From Callorhinchus milii (taxonomy: Eukaryota): 64,000 nt of DNA. The position numbers and the translations under genes are program-made. Numbering within the stretch: position 1 is the first letter of the stretch; the number at the start of each line of letters is the position of its first letter. The stretch covers positions 18,354,001 to 18,418,000 of the forward strand of contig NW_024704743.1 of the NCBI RefSeq assembly GCF_018977255.1, read 5' to 3'. The notes beneath the pieces are model-generated. The model was not told the origin of the DNA. It was given only the letters and a program-made list of their open reading frames with translations, and did not search any database. This document shows, piece by piece, positions 13,001 through 23,875 of this stretch.

Positions 13001-16000
13001 GTTTCGCCCACAAATACACTGTCAAGTCACTTTATAGTATATTCTGTGAAGCTCTTTGAGATGTCTAGAAGACATGAAAAGTGCTATATCAAATGCAAAG
13101 ATTATTATTTATAATCAGGCATTCTAAAACTGAGCTTTTAATGAGCTATTATTCACCCACAGAAACTATTATTCTGCTCAATAGGCAGGGACTCTAGAGG
13201 GTCAGCACAACTGATGGATGACTCGAGCTTTAAGAAATGACACTAAAGCTATTATAAGGAAGACAACATATCTACTGACTCATAGGAAAAACTGTGCAAC
13301 TTTACATGCAATTCATCACAAAACATACAGTAAAATCCAAGTTGAGCCAGCACAATTTATATTGGATTTCTGCTACTGACACTTCCTTGAGGAAGTGGAT
13401 TCAGTGACACTTATATCTTCATCTATACAATAGAAACAAAATGGTACAAATTGCTTTGGCCTGCTCCTCAACAGACATTTAATGTCCCTCGAGTCCAGCA
13501 ATGGAATGTCAGAGAACTTCCAAGATATGTTTTTTAATTTTATTAAACAGAGTATTGCATAAAACTAAAAATCTAACATCTAGTTTCAGCTAATTTGATA
13601 TGCAGATTTCTTATTTTAGTCCATAGGCACTATATCAAATGCAAGAATTATTATAGCTATCGCAAAGAGCGGTGAGAAATACAAATCCAATTCCCTGCTC
13701 CATATCAGTCTACTGCTAGAAGGAATGTCACTGTACAACCAGTAATTATGAATGATAATTCTTACATTTGATACACACCCTCAGTGATATAAGTAATTAC
13801 AGTGCAAACTAGTTAATATATTCCTTGCACTGTACATCCATGAATGTTATGTCATGGATTTTAGTTCAAGATGATAATCCAACATTTTCAATCAAAGAAT
13901 AAATGATAAAAATGATGACTTCTGATGGCATACCTTCCAGTTGTTTGGGCAGAGACAGTAGAAGGAATTCAGAAGATCCATACATATCCCACCATTGTGA
14001 CAAGGATTGCTGCTGCATGTTCTTGTTTGTAATATCTCAAATAAGTAAAAAAAAGCAAGACAGCATTGGTTAGCTGACCAGTAACACAGTGGGACTGTAC
14101 TCCAAACAGTCAAAAACAAAGCTCGTTTTTTCTGAGTCACCTACTGTTGTCTAAGGGGCAATATTACTCAAGTTCTGAGGTCAGGAAGGGTTGTTGAAAA
14201 ATTATAAATACTCTGCCCCAGAAAGCTGTAAAAGAGGGAATCAAAAGGGATGTTAAAAAGAAATAGATAGACAGATACTTCGATAATAGAGACATAAAGG
14301 GGTATGTCAAAAGTATCTAATAAACTAGTGGAACAGGCTTGCTGGGCCGAATGGTCCTTTGAGCCTATTGACTTAAATTCCTACCTGGCGTTTTAAATTA
14401 TTCTTGTTCTATCCTTCCATTTTCTTCCCTATTTTTGCATTCACATTATCTTGCAGTAAGAGTCTTGTGACTCGTCACATCCAGAAATCATTGTACACTA
14501 TTTTTACTTGCAAATTTCAGATATGACCAGATTGATAGACAACCAATCTGAAAAAGTGCCGTTTCACTTTCTTTGTGCGAAAAGGTTTGCACCAATTATT
14601 TTTCTTAGAAAGAACTGGACATAACAGAATATAAAAGCATGTATTTACACAGGCTAAAATAAGGAATTGTATCACGTACCAAAGTGGTGAAAAATTGTCC
14701 TGAGCTCTTCCAGCTGTCTTAGATTTAAAAGCTTTCCACTTGAATACAATGCCGTTTTTCAATGCCTTATGATCAGTTCTAATACTGACCTGGTTTTGAT
14801 TTCAAACCCTTTTGGGTTATCAATATTAATGCTTTTATTTGAACCTTTCCTGCTCTAGATCCACTTATCTTAATGGTTTCAGGTAAGGACTATTTAAGTC
14901 ATTTTTTTTATTCACAAAATCAAAAAGACCTGCCAAGATCTAATAAACTGGTGGAACAAGCTCAATGGATTTGTGTCTACACAATACACAGTCAATGTAC
15001 TTTACAGTATATCCTGTGAAGTACTTTGAGATGTCCTCCTGATGTGAAAGGAGGTATATTAAATATAAGGATTATTATTAATAATAAAAACCCAAGTATT
15101 TTTCAGGGTCCATTTTTTTCTATCGAAAAAGGGAGAAAATTTAACATGAGAAAATGGATAAATAAATGTTTTAAAAATCAGAATTTATTTAGCAATATCT
15201 GCTTACCTCGCAGATTGGGAAATTCGCCTAACTGCAATGCAAGTCATGGAAATACAACAACAACTTGCATTTATATAGTGCTTAGCACGTAGGATAGAGT
15301 CCCAGAGCCTTTGACGGTGGCAGAGCACGAAGCCAAGTTGGGGAGAGGGGAGAGGTGACCGATGGCAAATACCCTCAAAGCCAGTTTCTGGCTGCATGAG
15401 CACACTCGCACATAGCAAAACAATTGGATAATTCAGATTATTTCGGGTGAAAATTGTTTTTTTTTAACCAATTAACTTTCACTGAAACAACAGGTATTTA
15501 TCTTTTTTTTAAAAAGTTTAAAAAAACATTTATGGTCTTTTGATCCAGGCTGGATTTTTCCAATATATCAAGTTGGAAAGTTAGACCACGATCATCAATA
15601 TTATCACTTAGATGTGGGCACTTGTTGTTCTGTTAAGTTCCTGAACATGGTGAGTTAACGTCCTGCAGTTGCTGATCTCCTGGTTGCAGTTGGTCGATTA
15701 ACAACATGTTGCAGTCCAAAAAATAAACAAAGCAACTTACTCCTGATTCCAGATCAGACCAGGGCTGGAGAGCTTACTAGATCTGGAAGGAAGGAAAGCT
15801 TCTTTTGTAAGAATGAAGCCTCAGTTCCATTGGTACCATGTTAAGCATTTAAGTTAACCAGTGGTGTCACCATTGCATATCCCAGTTCGGAAACCAGTGC
15901 TTCGCTCAGATTGGACTGAAGTAATGACTTGCTGTTGCTTTAAAAACATGTATAAAATTGAAGTACTTACTGTATCTATATTCTGGATCTTTCTTTCCAG

Positions 16001-19000
16001 AAGGGATAGCTGCAAGAACAGAAGGAGCAGTTAATATACAGTGTCAAATATTTAGGAATACGTATTTTTCTGCTGTGAGCAAGCAGCAACCAAAATACTA
16101 AAATTGCTTGGCACTTTAATCCGAAGCTATAAATAAAATTTGTACCAATTGAAAGAGAATATAACTCATTAATGAAAAATAAAATTTGCATTATTTCTTA
16201 ATGGGATCCTTCAACTGACATCAGCCTGCTTCCATGTTCCCAGCCCGATTTGCCTCACCATTGGTGGGCAAGCTTTCACCCATTTTGCCTCAGCTCTCTG
16301 GAACTCCAGTTAACAAAGAAGAGAGTTTCTACCAGTGTCCTGGCCACAATAAAATTGATCATTCACTTCAAAACGTAGTGGCCTTGCCACTCCCTTTGCT
16401 CAGGGGACACCGGTCTGCTTCATGCCTCTGTTCTACCCAACTCACAATCGGCAGTTTTGCTGTCTCCAATCCCTGGAACTCCAGTGCCTCTGCCTCACCC
16501 CCTCCCTCCCTTCTTTCAAGGTCCACCTCAAGACCTTCCTCTTCAACCGAGTCTTTAGTCATCTTTCGCCTCCCCCACTTCCCCCTTAGCTCGGGTGTCA
16601 AGCCACGACTATCAAGTGCATTGGGACAATCTCCTGACATGAAAGGCACGGTATGGATTTAAATTTGTATTGTATGTCTACTTGTGCTATGCGTAAGTTA
16701 CAAAGTATATTACAAAGAATTTACAGCACATAAACCGGCGACCTGGCCCAACTAGTCTGTGCTGGTGTTTATACTCCACACGAGTCATCACCCATTCCTA
16801 AATCCTTTCCATACCCTTCTATTCAGTGCCCTGGGAAGTCCTCCCTGGGTAAGGTGCTATATAAATGCAATTTTTGTTTTTGTTGTTATTCCCCTCTCCC
16901 TCAACAACAACAAAATTACATTTATAGAATGCCCTTCACGTCGGGAGAACATCCCAAGGCGCTGAAAAAGTTGTTCCTCGTCCAGGACTTGATGTCGATC
17001 AGGACACCAGTAGTGCTGGAGTTGAGGGTGTGGAGGCAGAGAGATAAGAGTTGGGTGTCATCCGCATACATGTGGAAATTTACCCCATGTCTGCGCGATG
17101 ATGTCACCAAGGGGGAGCATGTAGAGGGTGAAGAGGAAGGGACCAAGGACAGATCCCTGAGGAACACCGCACGAGACTGTGCGGGGGATGGAGAAGAAGC
17201 CGTTTGCAGAGACTAAGTGGAGGCGATGTGAAAGGTAGGACCTGAACCAGTCAAGGACAGAACCTTGGAGGTTGAGGTGGGAGGAGAGGTGGTGGAGGAG
17301 GATTGAAGGTTCCACAGTGTCAAAAGCGGCGGAGAGGTCGAGGAGGACGAGGAGGCAGAGGGAGCCCTGGTCACACATGGTCAGGATGTCATTTGTGACC
17401 TTGACCAGAGCAGTTTCCATGCTGTGGGCAGCACGGGAATCCAATTGGAGGGGTACATGGAAGGAATGGGAGGAGAGGAAGGAGCAAAGCTGGGAGGCAA
17501 TGGCTCTCTCAAGGACCTTGGACAGAAAAGGAAGGTTTGAGATGGGCCGGTAGCTGGATAGCTGCGATGGGTCAAGGGAAGGTTTCTTCAAGGTGGGGGT
17601 GATAGTGGCTGTTTTGAGGGGGGAAGGAACAGTACCAGATGACAGGGAGAGGTTGAGATGTCGGCGGGTAGTGGGGCAAGGAGGTGGAGCTGGGATTTAA
17701 GGAGAGGGGTGGGGATGGGGTCCAGGGAGCAGGTGGTGGGCTTCATGGAGGATATGTTGGTGATGATAGAGCAGGGGGTGACAGGTTCAAAGATGTGGAA
17801 GGAGGGATGGGTAGTGGTCGGAGTGTGAGGGGTTGGAAGGGCAGTGGCAGCTGAGAGGATTCCCTCGATTTTGGACTCGAGGAAGTCCAGCATTTCCTCG
17901 CAGTGGGAGTTGGAGGAAAGAATCTGTGAGATGTGGCGGGGAGGGCGGAGGAGCCGGTTGGTGGTGCAAAAGAGGAGCCTGGGGTTGCCCTTCGCCTCCA
18001 GGATTACACCTGGAGTAGAAGGACGATTTGGCCGAGGCGAGAGTGGAGCGGTAGGTTTTGATGTGGTCCAGCCAGATGTGCCAGTGGACCATTAGGCCAG
18101 ATTTGAGCCAAGTGCATTCAGCAGCCCGCACCTGGCTCTTGAGCGAGCAGAGGTGGCTGTTGAACCAGGGTGAGGATTGGGACTACGAAACAATTCGGGA
18201 GGTGAGGGGGGCAAGGGCATCGAGTGTGGTGGAGAGGGTAAGCGCAGCGAGTGGGTTAGTGCAGGAGGTGGGCCAGAGCCAGTAGGAGTTTATAGGACTC
18301 CAGGGCAGTGGAGAAGGATTGCGGGGAGATCTTCTTCCATGGGCGGTAGGAGATGGTGGTAGGTTTGGAGGCAGTGAGGAGAGGGATACAGAAGTGGAGG
18401 GAGATGAAATGGTGGTCAGAAATGGCCTTGTCAGTGATGATGACATCTGAGACCCCGGGTGATCACCAGGTCAAGCGGGTGGCCGTGATGTAAAGATAAA
18501 GGTGTAATCATGTAAAGGTCTCATGTAGAACTGTCATGTAAAGGTCCAGCTTCCTCTCGAATGCATCTGTACTATCTGATTCAACCACTGCTCCAAGCAA
18601 CAAGTTCCACAATCTCACTGCACTCTGTGAAGCAGAGAACTGCTGGATTCACCTCAACAATAGTCACAATTTACAATGAATCCTATGAAGCTCTTTGAAA
18701 TGTCCTCTTGACATAAAAGGTGCTACAGCAAATGCAAGCATTAATTCTTATTATTATTTAACTTGGCTAAGTTGCTAATATATTAACATTTGTATGCTAA
18801 CAATTCTATGTTTGTGACACTGGGCATCCCAAGCAAAACTGATCACTCTCCGTGGCTGTTTATGGGACATTTCTGTGCACAAACTGGCTGCCGCATTTCA
18901 CACACAAAATAAACAGTCAATCCATTTTGCAGTGTATCCCGTGAAGCCTCAAAGTGGGGCTTGAGCAAGTTTGCTACCAATTGAACCAGGCTGACACCTG

Positions 19001-21234
19001 AAATTAATATATTTGAGAATTATCCAAAATTTTAAACAGCCTTAAAGTTTATGATAATGGTCTTAAAGTTAAGGCCAGGTGAATTTCTGGTTTCTTTACC
19101 TTCATACCTCAGGATGAAACAACTTCAATGACTATAGAGAATCATAACTCAACAGCAGTTTGGTCTGGCTTCATAGGGGATGGGCTGAAGGGCTTTCTTT
19201 ACTCAAAACCAATCTTGTGATATAGTGAAAGTTAATTCCTGACAAGTCTAGTTGCTGTTTGTGGAAGCAAACCAGGCAAGAGTGCATGCAAGTTAAGTCC
19301 CACAAACAGCCTCGATTTGAGATAAACAATGAATTAATTTGGAGGACCTTGGTCCAGAACACCAGGAAAAACCCACTTCTTTTCCAAACAATGTCTTAGG
19401 ATTTTTTAACGTTCACCTCAACAAACGGACAGGCCTCATCTAAAAGACAGCACTGCTGACAAAAGAGCATTCTTCAGTATGCCAGGGAGTATTCGTTTGG
19501 ATATAAATACCATAGTAAGTTATTCTACAATATAAAGGCAGCTTGGCACTGGTCATTTCTCACATCAGTCAGAAGAACAAAAATTAATCATTCATAGACA
19601 AGCTGGTCAAGGGATTGTTTCCATAAAATGTATTGGACTCTTCACCGCTTCATTATATGTGTACTTGTGATTTCTGCATTTTCACACACACACTGGCCCC
19701 AAACCAACTTGGAACACATACACATCTCCAATTCACTCCTGACCACCAACATATACCCTTCACTGCTACCTACATCTTCTGCAAACTGCTATCACAAGCA
19801 AACACCTACAAAATACAGTCTCTACACTTGACAGTATATCCTGATGAAACGCTTTGAGATGCGCTCCCAACATCAAATGCAAAAGCATTATTTTTTTTCA
19901 CAAACGGGCATTTTTTTAAGAAACGAAAGTTGAAATACGAGGAAAAGCATGCCATAGAAGCAGCTGTGTAAAGAATGATCTTTAAAATGTGGGTTAGGTT
20001 AAGAGGTTAAACTCAACCACCAATAAAAATGATAACAGGTGATTCAAAGACCCTCTTAATTTCTTGTTTAATTAAATAATTAAGTCACCTGTATGCATTT
20101 GAATATGGTTAGCCCATGGGGTTTTAGCCCAACCCGGATTTTGGACTCCAAAGTAACTTTTTTATATTTATAAAAGCTTTCCAGAAATACACACAGTAAC
20201 ACATGGCTTTTTCCATAGCCTTAGATTTTATAGGTGAGGCATACAGGCTTTTTGGTGTACTTACCTTGTCAGATAGCAGATTGATTTGACTTGAAATATT
20301 CTGAGGAATTCCACTTCCATTAATTTGTAGTTGTGTGATATCATCCTTATTCATTGTGATCTAAAAAAAGTACGGCAAAAACACATCATACTGGTCTATT
20401 GCAACAATGAACTTGAACAGTCAGAATAGTAACATATAAATGCACTCAAACAACTGCATTTCAGTTCATAATTCAGATAGAGCAGAAAACGTGCATAATG
20501 TTCATCCAAAGCAATTCAATGTGCTTTTAGGTAGGGACTACTTTTACATGACACCAGATAGTAAACGTTTCTGCACATGAAACAGGTTTCTTTTTAAAAG
20601 TACAGGCTTAAATGTACTAATTTGTTACCACATTAAAGAAATTATCAGGCATTCAGTATATTAGTCAGCTCCACAATGCTACGTTCTTTAAAGAAAACAG
20701 TAACAAAATATTTCAATGTTAAAATTGTCTTTTATTTCAAACGTCTTACTTGTTTAAGTGCTTCCTCAAGATCTTTATTATTTAGTTTGATTGCCCCAGA
20801 TGATAAAGTCCTGAATTCGATATTCTTTAAATCACCCGGATGAAATATTAAATTCCCATCCTCCGAGGTCATCCTTGGTCTGTAAGTAAAACATAGCAAG
20901 AAATAAATTAAGGTAATTCAAAAAAGAACTTTGTCTGTGCATATATTATTGATAATAATAATTGCATTTGATATAGCACCTTATCAGGTCACTGAGATTT
21001 CTCAAAAGTGCTTCAAAGGATATTACTGTAAAGTGATGTGACTATGTATTTTATGTGTGAATTTGTTTCTTTGAAACGTAGCACTATTCTTTGTAATTAT
21101 AAAATGAATACTTACTGACTGTTACTGATATCTCTCTTCTGGTGAGTTTTTGAATCATTTTCTGATTCACATGTTAATGTGCAAAATATAAACATCACAA
21201 ATAGCAGCCATGTGAAGTGCCCATAGGTAGGCAT
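892..21234 (-). CDS. CUBN: Cubilin (intrinsic factor-cobalamin receptor), 5' part, coding exons 1-12; gene continues beyond left edge
   Basis: join of 21116-21234, 20750-20879, 20265-20360, 15971-16009, 13934-14035, 12828-12931, 11174-11300, 10205-10373, 8209-8339, 7364-7459, 3134-3258, 892-1078. Translation [72 protein letters not shown].. is colinear with human cubilin as I recall it ([32 protein letters not shown] repeats). All introns GT-AG. Exon 9 is 1 nt short (see findings). Confidence 0.96.
1206..1520. mobile_element. Tc1/mariner-type (Tigger-like) MITE remnant interrupted by an L2 3' end (1260-1390)
   Basis: Starts TA-CAGTCAAATCTG; the L2 tail ending (TTG)n is flanked by the direct repeat TGTTAAC (1253-1259, 1387-1393). 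Confidence 0.55.
1574..1753. mobile_element. Tigger-like MITE
   Basis: TA-CAGTAAACCT...AGGTTTCTG-TA termini; a reverse-complement copy of its left ~55 bp lies at 54298-54357. Confidence 0.65.
2730..3020 (+). mobile_element. CR1-clade LINE 3' fragment
   Basis: [16 protein letters not shown]-like end of ORF2, followed by a GGCCAAAGGGCC 3' hairpin. Confidence 0.65.
3134..3258 (-). CDS. CUBN: CUBN exon 11
   Basis: 125 nt; TCCCAG| (G)[56 protein letters not shown] signature. Confidence 0.94.
4360..4705 (+). mobile_element. L2-clade LINE 3' end
   Basis: [16 protein letters not shown] / [11 protein letters not shown]-terminus; tail GGGACGTCCTCCTGACGTGAAAGG..(TTG)n. Confidence 0.8.
7364..7459 (-). 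CDS. CUBN: CUBN exon 10
   Basis: 96 nt; TCTCAG| (G)[31 protein letters not shown](G) |GTACAG. Confidence 0.94.
8209..8339 (-). CDS. CUBN: CUBN exon 9 (calcium-binding EGF), apparent 1-nt deletion
   Basis: 131 nt; [42 protein letters not shown][TC]HCGSCPP(G) |GTATGA; the frame is restored only by adding 1 nt near 8231-8234. Confidence 0.9.
8403..8478. repeat. Perfect 29-bp inverted repeat, 18-nt loop
   Basis: TTTTAGGTATTTATCTAGTTCCCTTTTGA (8403-8431) / TCAAAAGGGAACTAGATAAATACCTAAAA (8450-8478). Confidence 0.93.
8881..9140 (+). mobile_element. Unclassified ~260-bp dispersed repeat, copy 2
   Basis: Shares ACTCCAGCAGTACC, CTCTGGGG, GAATTAGGTAAGCAGGATGC, GGTTTGGA.ACTCTTAAG and the A-rich end with copy 1. 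Confidence 0.75.
10205..10373 (-). CDS. CUBN: CUBN exon 8
   Basis: 169 nt; [62 protein letters not shown](G) |GTAACG. Confidence 0.95.
11174..11300 (-). CDS. CUBN: CUBN exon 7
   Basis: 127 nt; [54 protein letters not shown]. Confidence 0.95.
11755..11982 (+). mobile_element. 5'-truncated tRNA-Ala-head SINE (short variant)
   Basis: Body matches 39808-40113; (ATT)n tail. Confidence 0.8.
12470..12783 (-). mobile_element. Deu-domain SINE (SacSINE1/AmnSINE1-like)
   Basis: tRNA-like head with A/B boxes at 12720-12783 (minus), then a TGCAATACTG..GTCAGAGGTGCCATCCTTCGGATGAGAC Deu-like core. Confidence 0.75.
12828..12931 (-). CDS. CUBN: CUBN exon 6 (calcium-binding EGF)
   Basis: 104 nt; [40 protein letters not shown](S) |GTAATG. 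Confidence 0.95.
13934..14035 (-). CDS. CUBN: CUBN exon 5 (EGF1)
   Basis: 102 nt; [46 protein letters not shown]. Confidence 0.93.
15971..16009 (-). CDS. CUBN: CUBN exon 4 (39-nt coiled-coil exon)
   Basis: [25 protein letters not shown]; corresponds to human LVDLERKFQGLQQ; phase 0/0. Confidence 0.88.
16902..18490 (-). mobile_element. L2-clade LINE, 5'-truncated, degenerate ORF2 (APE end + RT) with internal deletions
   Basis: [50 protein letters not shown] and YADD motifs spread across frames; (TTG)n tail. Confidence 0.92.
20265..20360 (-). CDS. CUBN: CUBN exon 3
   Basis: 96 nt; [44 protein letters not shown]. Confidence 0.95.
20750..20879 (-). CDS. CUBN: CUBN exon 2
   Basis: 130 nt; TTACAG| (Q)[49 protein letters not shown]. 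Confidence 0.95.
21116..21234 (-). CDS. CUBN: CUBN exon 1 (signal peptide + propeptide)
   Basis: ATG at 21234; [39 protein letters not shown]; hydrophobic core; donor CA|GTAAGT. Confidence 0.9.
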
Positions 21235-21280
21235 GTTACTTTCATACCATTACAAGCTCCACTGACTCCAACAAGCTCAA

Positions 21281-21420
21281 GTAACTATTTACATTTAAGA
21301 CTGTAAAGTGACCTTTAATCCAAGAAAATGGATATTGCCCTTCACTGCTAGATAATATCTGTGTGACTTCCAAATGATTTTCACTTAGGTGCACAAATTG
21401 CAATTAATATATTTTATGGC
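21281..21420 (-). promoter_or_regulatory. Putative CUBN proximal promoter
   Basis: Unique sequence just 5' of the ATG. Contains a TATA-like TTAAAT (minus, ~21293-21298), a nuclear-receptor DR1-like GGATTA-A-AGGTCA (minus, 21309-21321) and a GATA motif (~21350). Motif matches only. Confidence 0.35.
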
Positions 21421-21469
21421 CTTAAGCCAGTTTGCCTTTTATTTGTCCCACATTATTCTCTGAAGCTTG

Positions 21470-21880
21470 TGAGGTAAGGAAGCAGAGGGTTGTAGTAAGG
21501 GGAACTGAGTTTAAATGAGGTGTGGTTTGATGCTGAACCTCCTCCTCTTCTTTGTATATATTAATGATCTGAGTTTGCAAACTCAATCAAGCTCATCAAG
21601 TTTGCAAATAGGTTTGGAGGGAATTGGAATCAGGGGTGTTCGGGTGTCCCAAAGAGAGTTTGGCAGGATATGCACCTCGGCTTCTCATTGGCAAATGAAA
21701 TTCAATACAGATAAATGCAAGGTATTACACGTGAGAAGTAAAAATAAGAGGCACAAATACTTTGTTTGTTAAATAGAATTTTGTCAAGGGGAAGTTGAAA
21801 GAAATCTAAATGTCTGTGTTGACTTGTTCCTCACTATGTGAGGCAGTAATTAAACAGGCAAGCAGGACGTTAGGCTATAT
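21470..21880 (+). mobile_element. CR1-clade LINE RT fragment
   Basis: LLFFVYINDL and WQMKFNTDKCKVLH motifs. Confidence 0.75.
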
Positions 21881-22279
21881 TAAAATACAAATTTACATTT
21901 ATATAGCACCTCTCAAGTATGGAGGACGTCCCAAAGCACTGGCTGGGCACCAGAGCTGGAAATTGTCAAATCAGTTTAGGTCAGATCCCTCAGATGTCCT
22001 GCATAGGTGTTATTTGTTATATTTGTCTCTTATTGCCAGTAATCGGAAATATTTTCAGAACTATTTTGCCTGGAAGCCATCCATTCAAGATTATGTTTCC
22101 TTCTGGTCAAAAGGCCGGTTAGTGTTTCATAAATGTAATTGGTTGCATGGTATTTTGGAAGGATGAGATCAAATTTCATCCACAGAATACAGTTACCACT
22201 TTACAATGTATCCTGTGAAATGTTTTGAGGCCCCTCAATGATGTGTAAGGTGCTACATCAAATGCAAGGATTACGTTAG

Positions 22280-23313
22280 TGGGACCACTCAAGCCTGGTT
22301 TGAGTCCTACCTAACAAAGTGCCTTCACTTTGTCTTTTCAAACGGTTTCTCCTCACGCCTCTGCCTGGTCACCTGAGGGTTACCCCAAGGCTCCATCCTT
22401 GGCCCCCTCCTCTTCCTCATCTATATGCTCCCTCTTGGCGATGTCATCCACAACTTCCACGTTTGTGGATGACACAAAAATCTACGTCTCCTCCTCCAGC
22501 TGTGACTCCAGGTCCCCCGATGTTCTGTTGACTTGTCTGGCAGACATCAGTGCCTGGATGAGCGCAAACTTCTTACAACTAAACATTGACAGGATGAAAG
22601 CCATACTCCTTAGCTCCTATCAACACCTTCTGTCCGGCAGATCTGACCTCCTCAACCTCCCCAGCCTATCCCTTAGACTCACTGAACCGATGGCAACCTA
22701 GGCGTCCGGTTCGACCCACAGCTGTCCTTCCTTCCTTTCTTCCCCACATCCGGTCCCTGACCAGGACTGCCGTCCTCCACCTCCACCACATTGCCCACCT
22801 CCGACTATACCTTACCCGAGTCGCAGTCGAAACACTAGTCCATGCATTTGTCACCTCCCGACTTGACTTTTCAAATGGCCTCTTTGCCAGTCTCCCCAGC
22901 TCCACCATGTACAGGATCCAGCTGATCCAAAACTCTGCCGCCTGCATACTCACTCATACTAAACCCTGCACCCCATCATACCAGGCTCCACTGGCTCCCT
23001 ATCACTGAACGGAGTGTTAGATCTGAACACTCGTTTTCAAATCCCTTTACGCCCTGGCACCTCCCCGACCTGCTTACCCCCAACCCACTACCCACTGCCT
23101 CCGCTCGGCTGGCTCCAGCCTGTCCCCTCGTGCACCCCAAAACTCTGGAACACTCTTCCTCTATCCTCTTTGACCGTGCCTTCAGTCATCCTCCACCCCC
23201 ATCCCTCTTGGCTCCCACCCCTTTCATATCCAGGTGCAAACCCTCAACTGTCCAGCACCCTGTGTTGTACGTCCTATGGAGAAAGGTGCCATATAAATGC
23301 ATTTCATTGTAGT
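22280..23313 (+). mobile_element. L2-clade LINE fragment (RT to 3' end)
   Basis: [22 protein letters not shown] and [15 protein letters not shown] motifs; family tail. Confidence 0.85.
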
Positions 23314-23361
23314 TGTAAGAATTGGGACCTAATATCACACAGAAAATGTGGAAAATTCAGC

Positions 23362-23875
23362 TACAACAAGTTGCATTTATGTAACGCCCTTCATGGCGGA
23401 CGGCGTCTTGAGAGTGGAGCCCAATGCTGAGCTGGGGGAGGGGAATGTGACCATAGGCATGGTCGAAGAGAAAAGTCTTCCAAGTGCGACCTGAAAATGG
23501 GGAGGGGGCAAGGCGAAGAGATTGAGGGAGAGAGTTCCACAGCTTCGGGGCATTGTGGCTGAAGGCAAGGACGCTGATGGTGGGGCAGAGGGTCTGGGGG
23601 ACAAGGAGGAGGCCAGAGCCAGTCGAGCGGAGGCAGCGGGTTGGAGTTTAGGGAGAGGAGGTTGGAGAGATGGGGGGGGGGGGGGGGGGGGAGGCAGGGC
23701 ATGAAGGGATTTAAATAAAAGTGCGAGGATCTTAAAATCGAACCGCTCTGTGATGGGGAGCCAATGGAGTTTGACAAAGCCGTCTATGGTGGAGGTGCGG
23801 AGTTTACCTGTGGGTGAGAATGTGGGTGGTGGGGTTTTGAATTAGTTCAATTTTGTGAATAGTGGAGCAGGGAAA
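23362..23875 (-). mobile_element. L2-clade LINE 3' fragment, tail-to-tail with the previous copy
   Basis: LHWLP/FKIL-like motifs on minus strand; family tail at 23362-23420. Confidence 0.8.

Noticed and set aside
821..14140. EGF ORFs as Notch, fibrillin or crumbs
   Set aside because: Exon order, sizes and signatures ([19 protein letters not shown]-terminal PRM..GNL..NIEF) fit cubilin, and TRDMT1 synteny agrees
15741..15782. AG...GTAAGT-bounded segment as CUBN exon 4
   Set aside because: In-frame TAG and no similarity; the real exon 4 is 15971-16009
17058..17591. 177-aa reverse transcriptase ORF as a functional gene or novel RT system
   Set aside because: Frameshifted, internally deleted fragment of an L2 LINE ORF2
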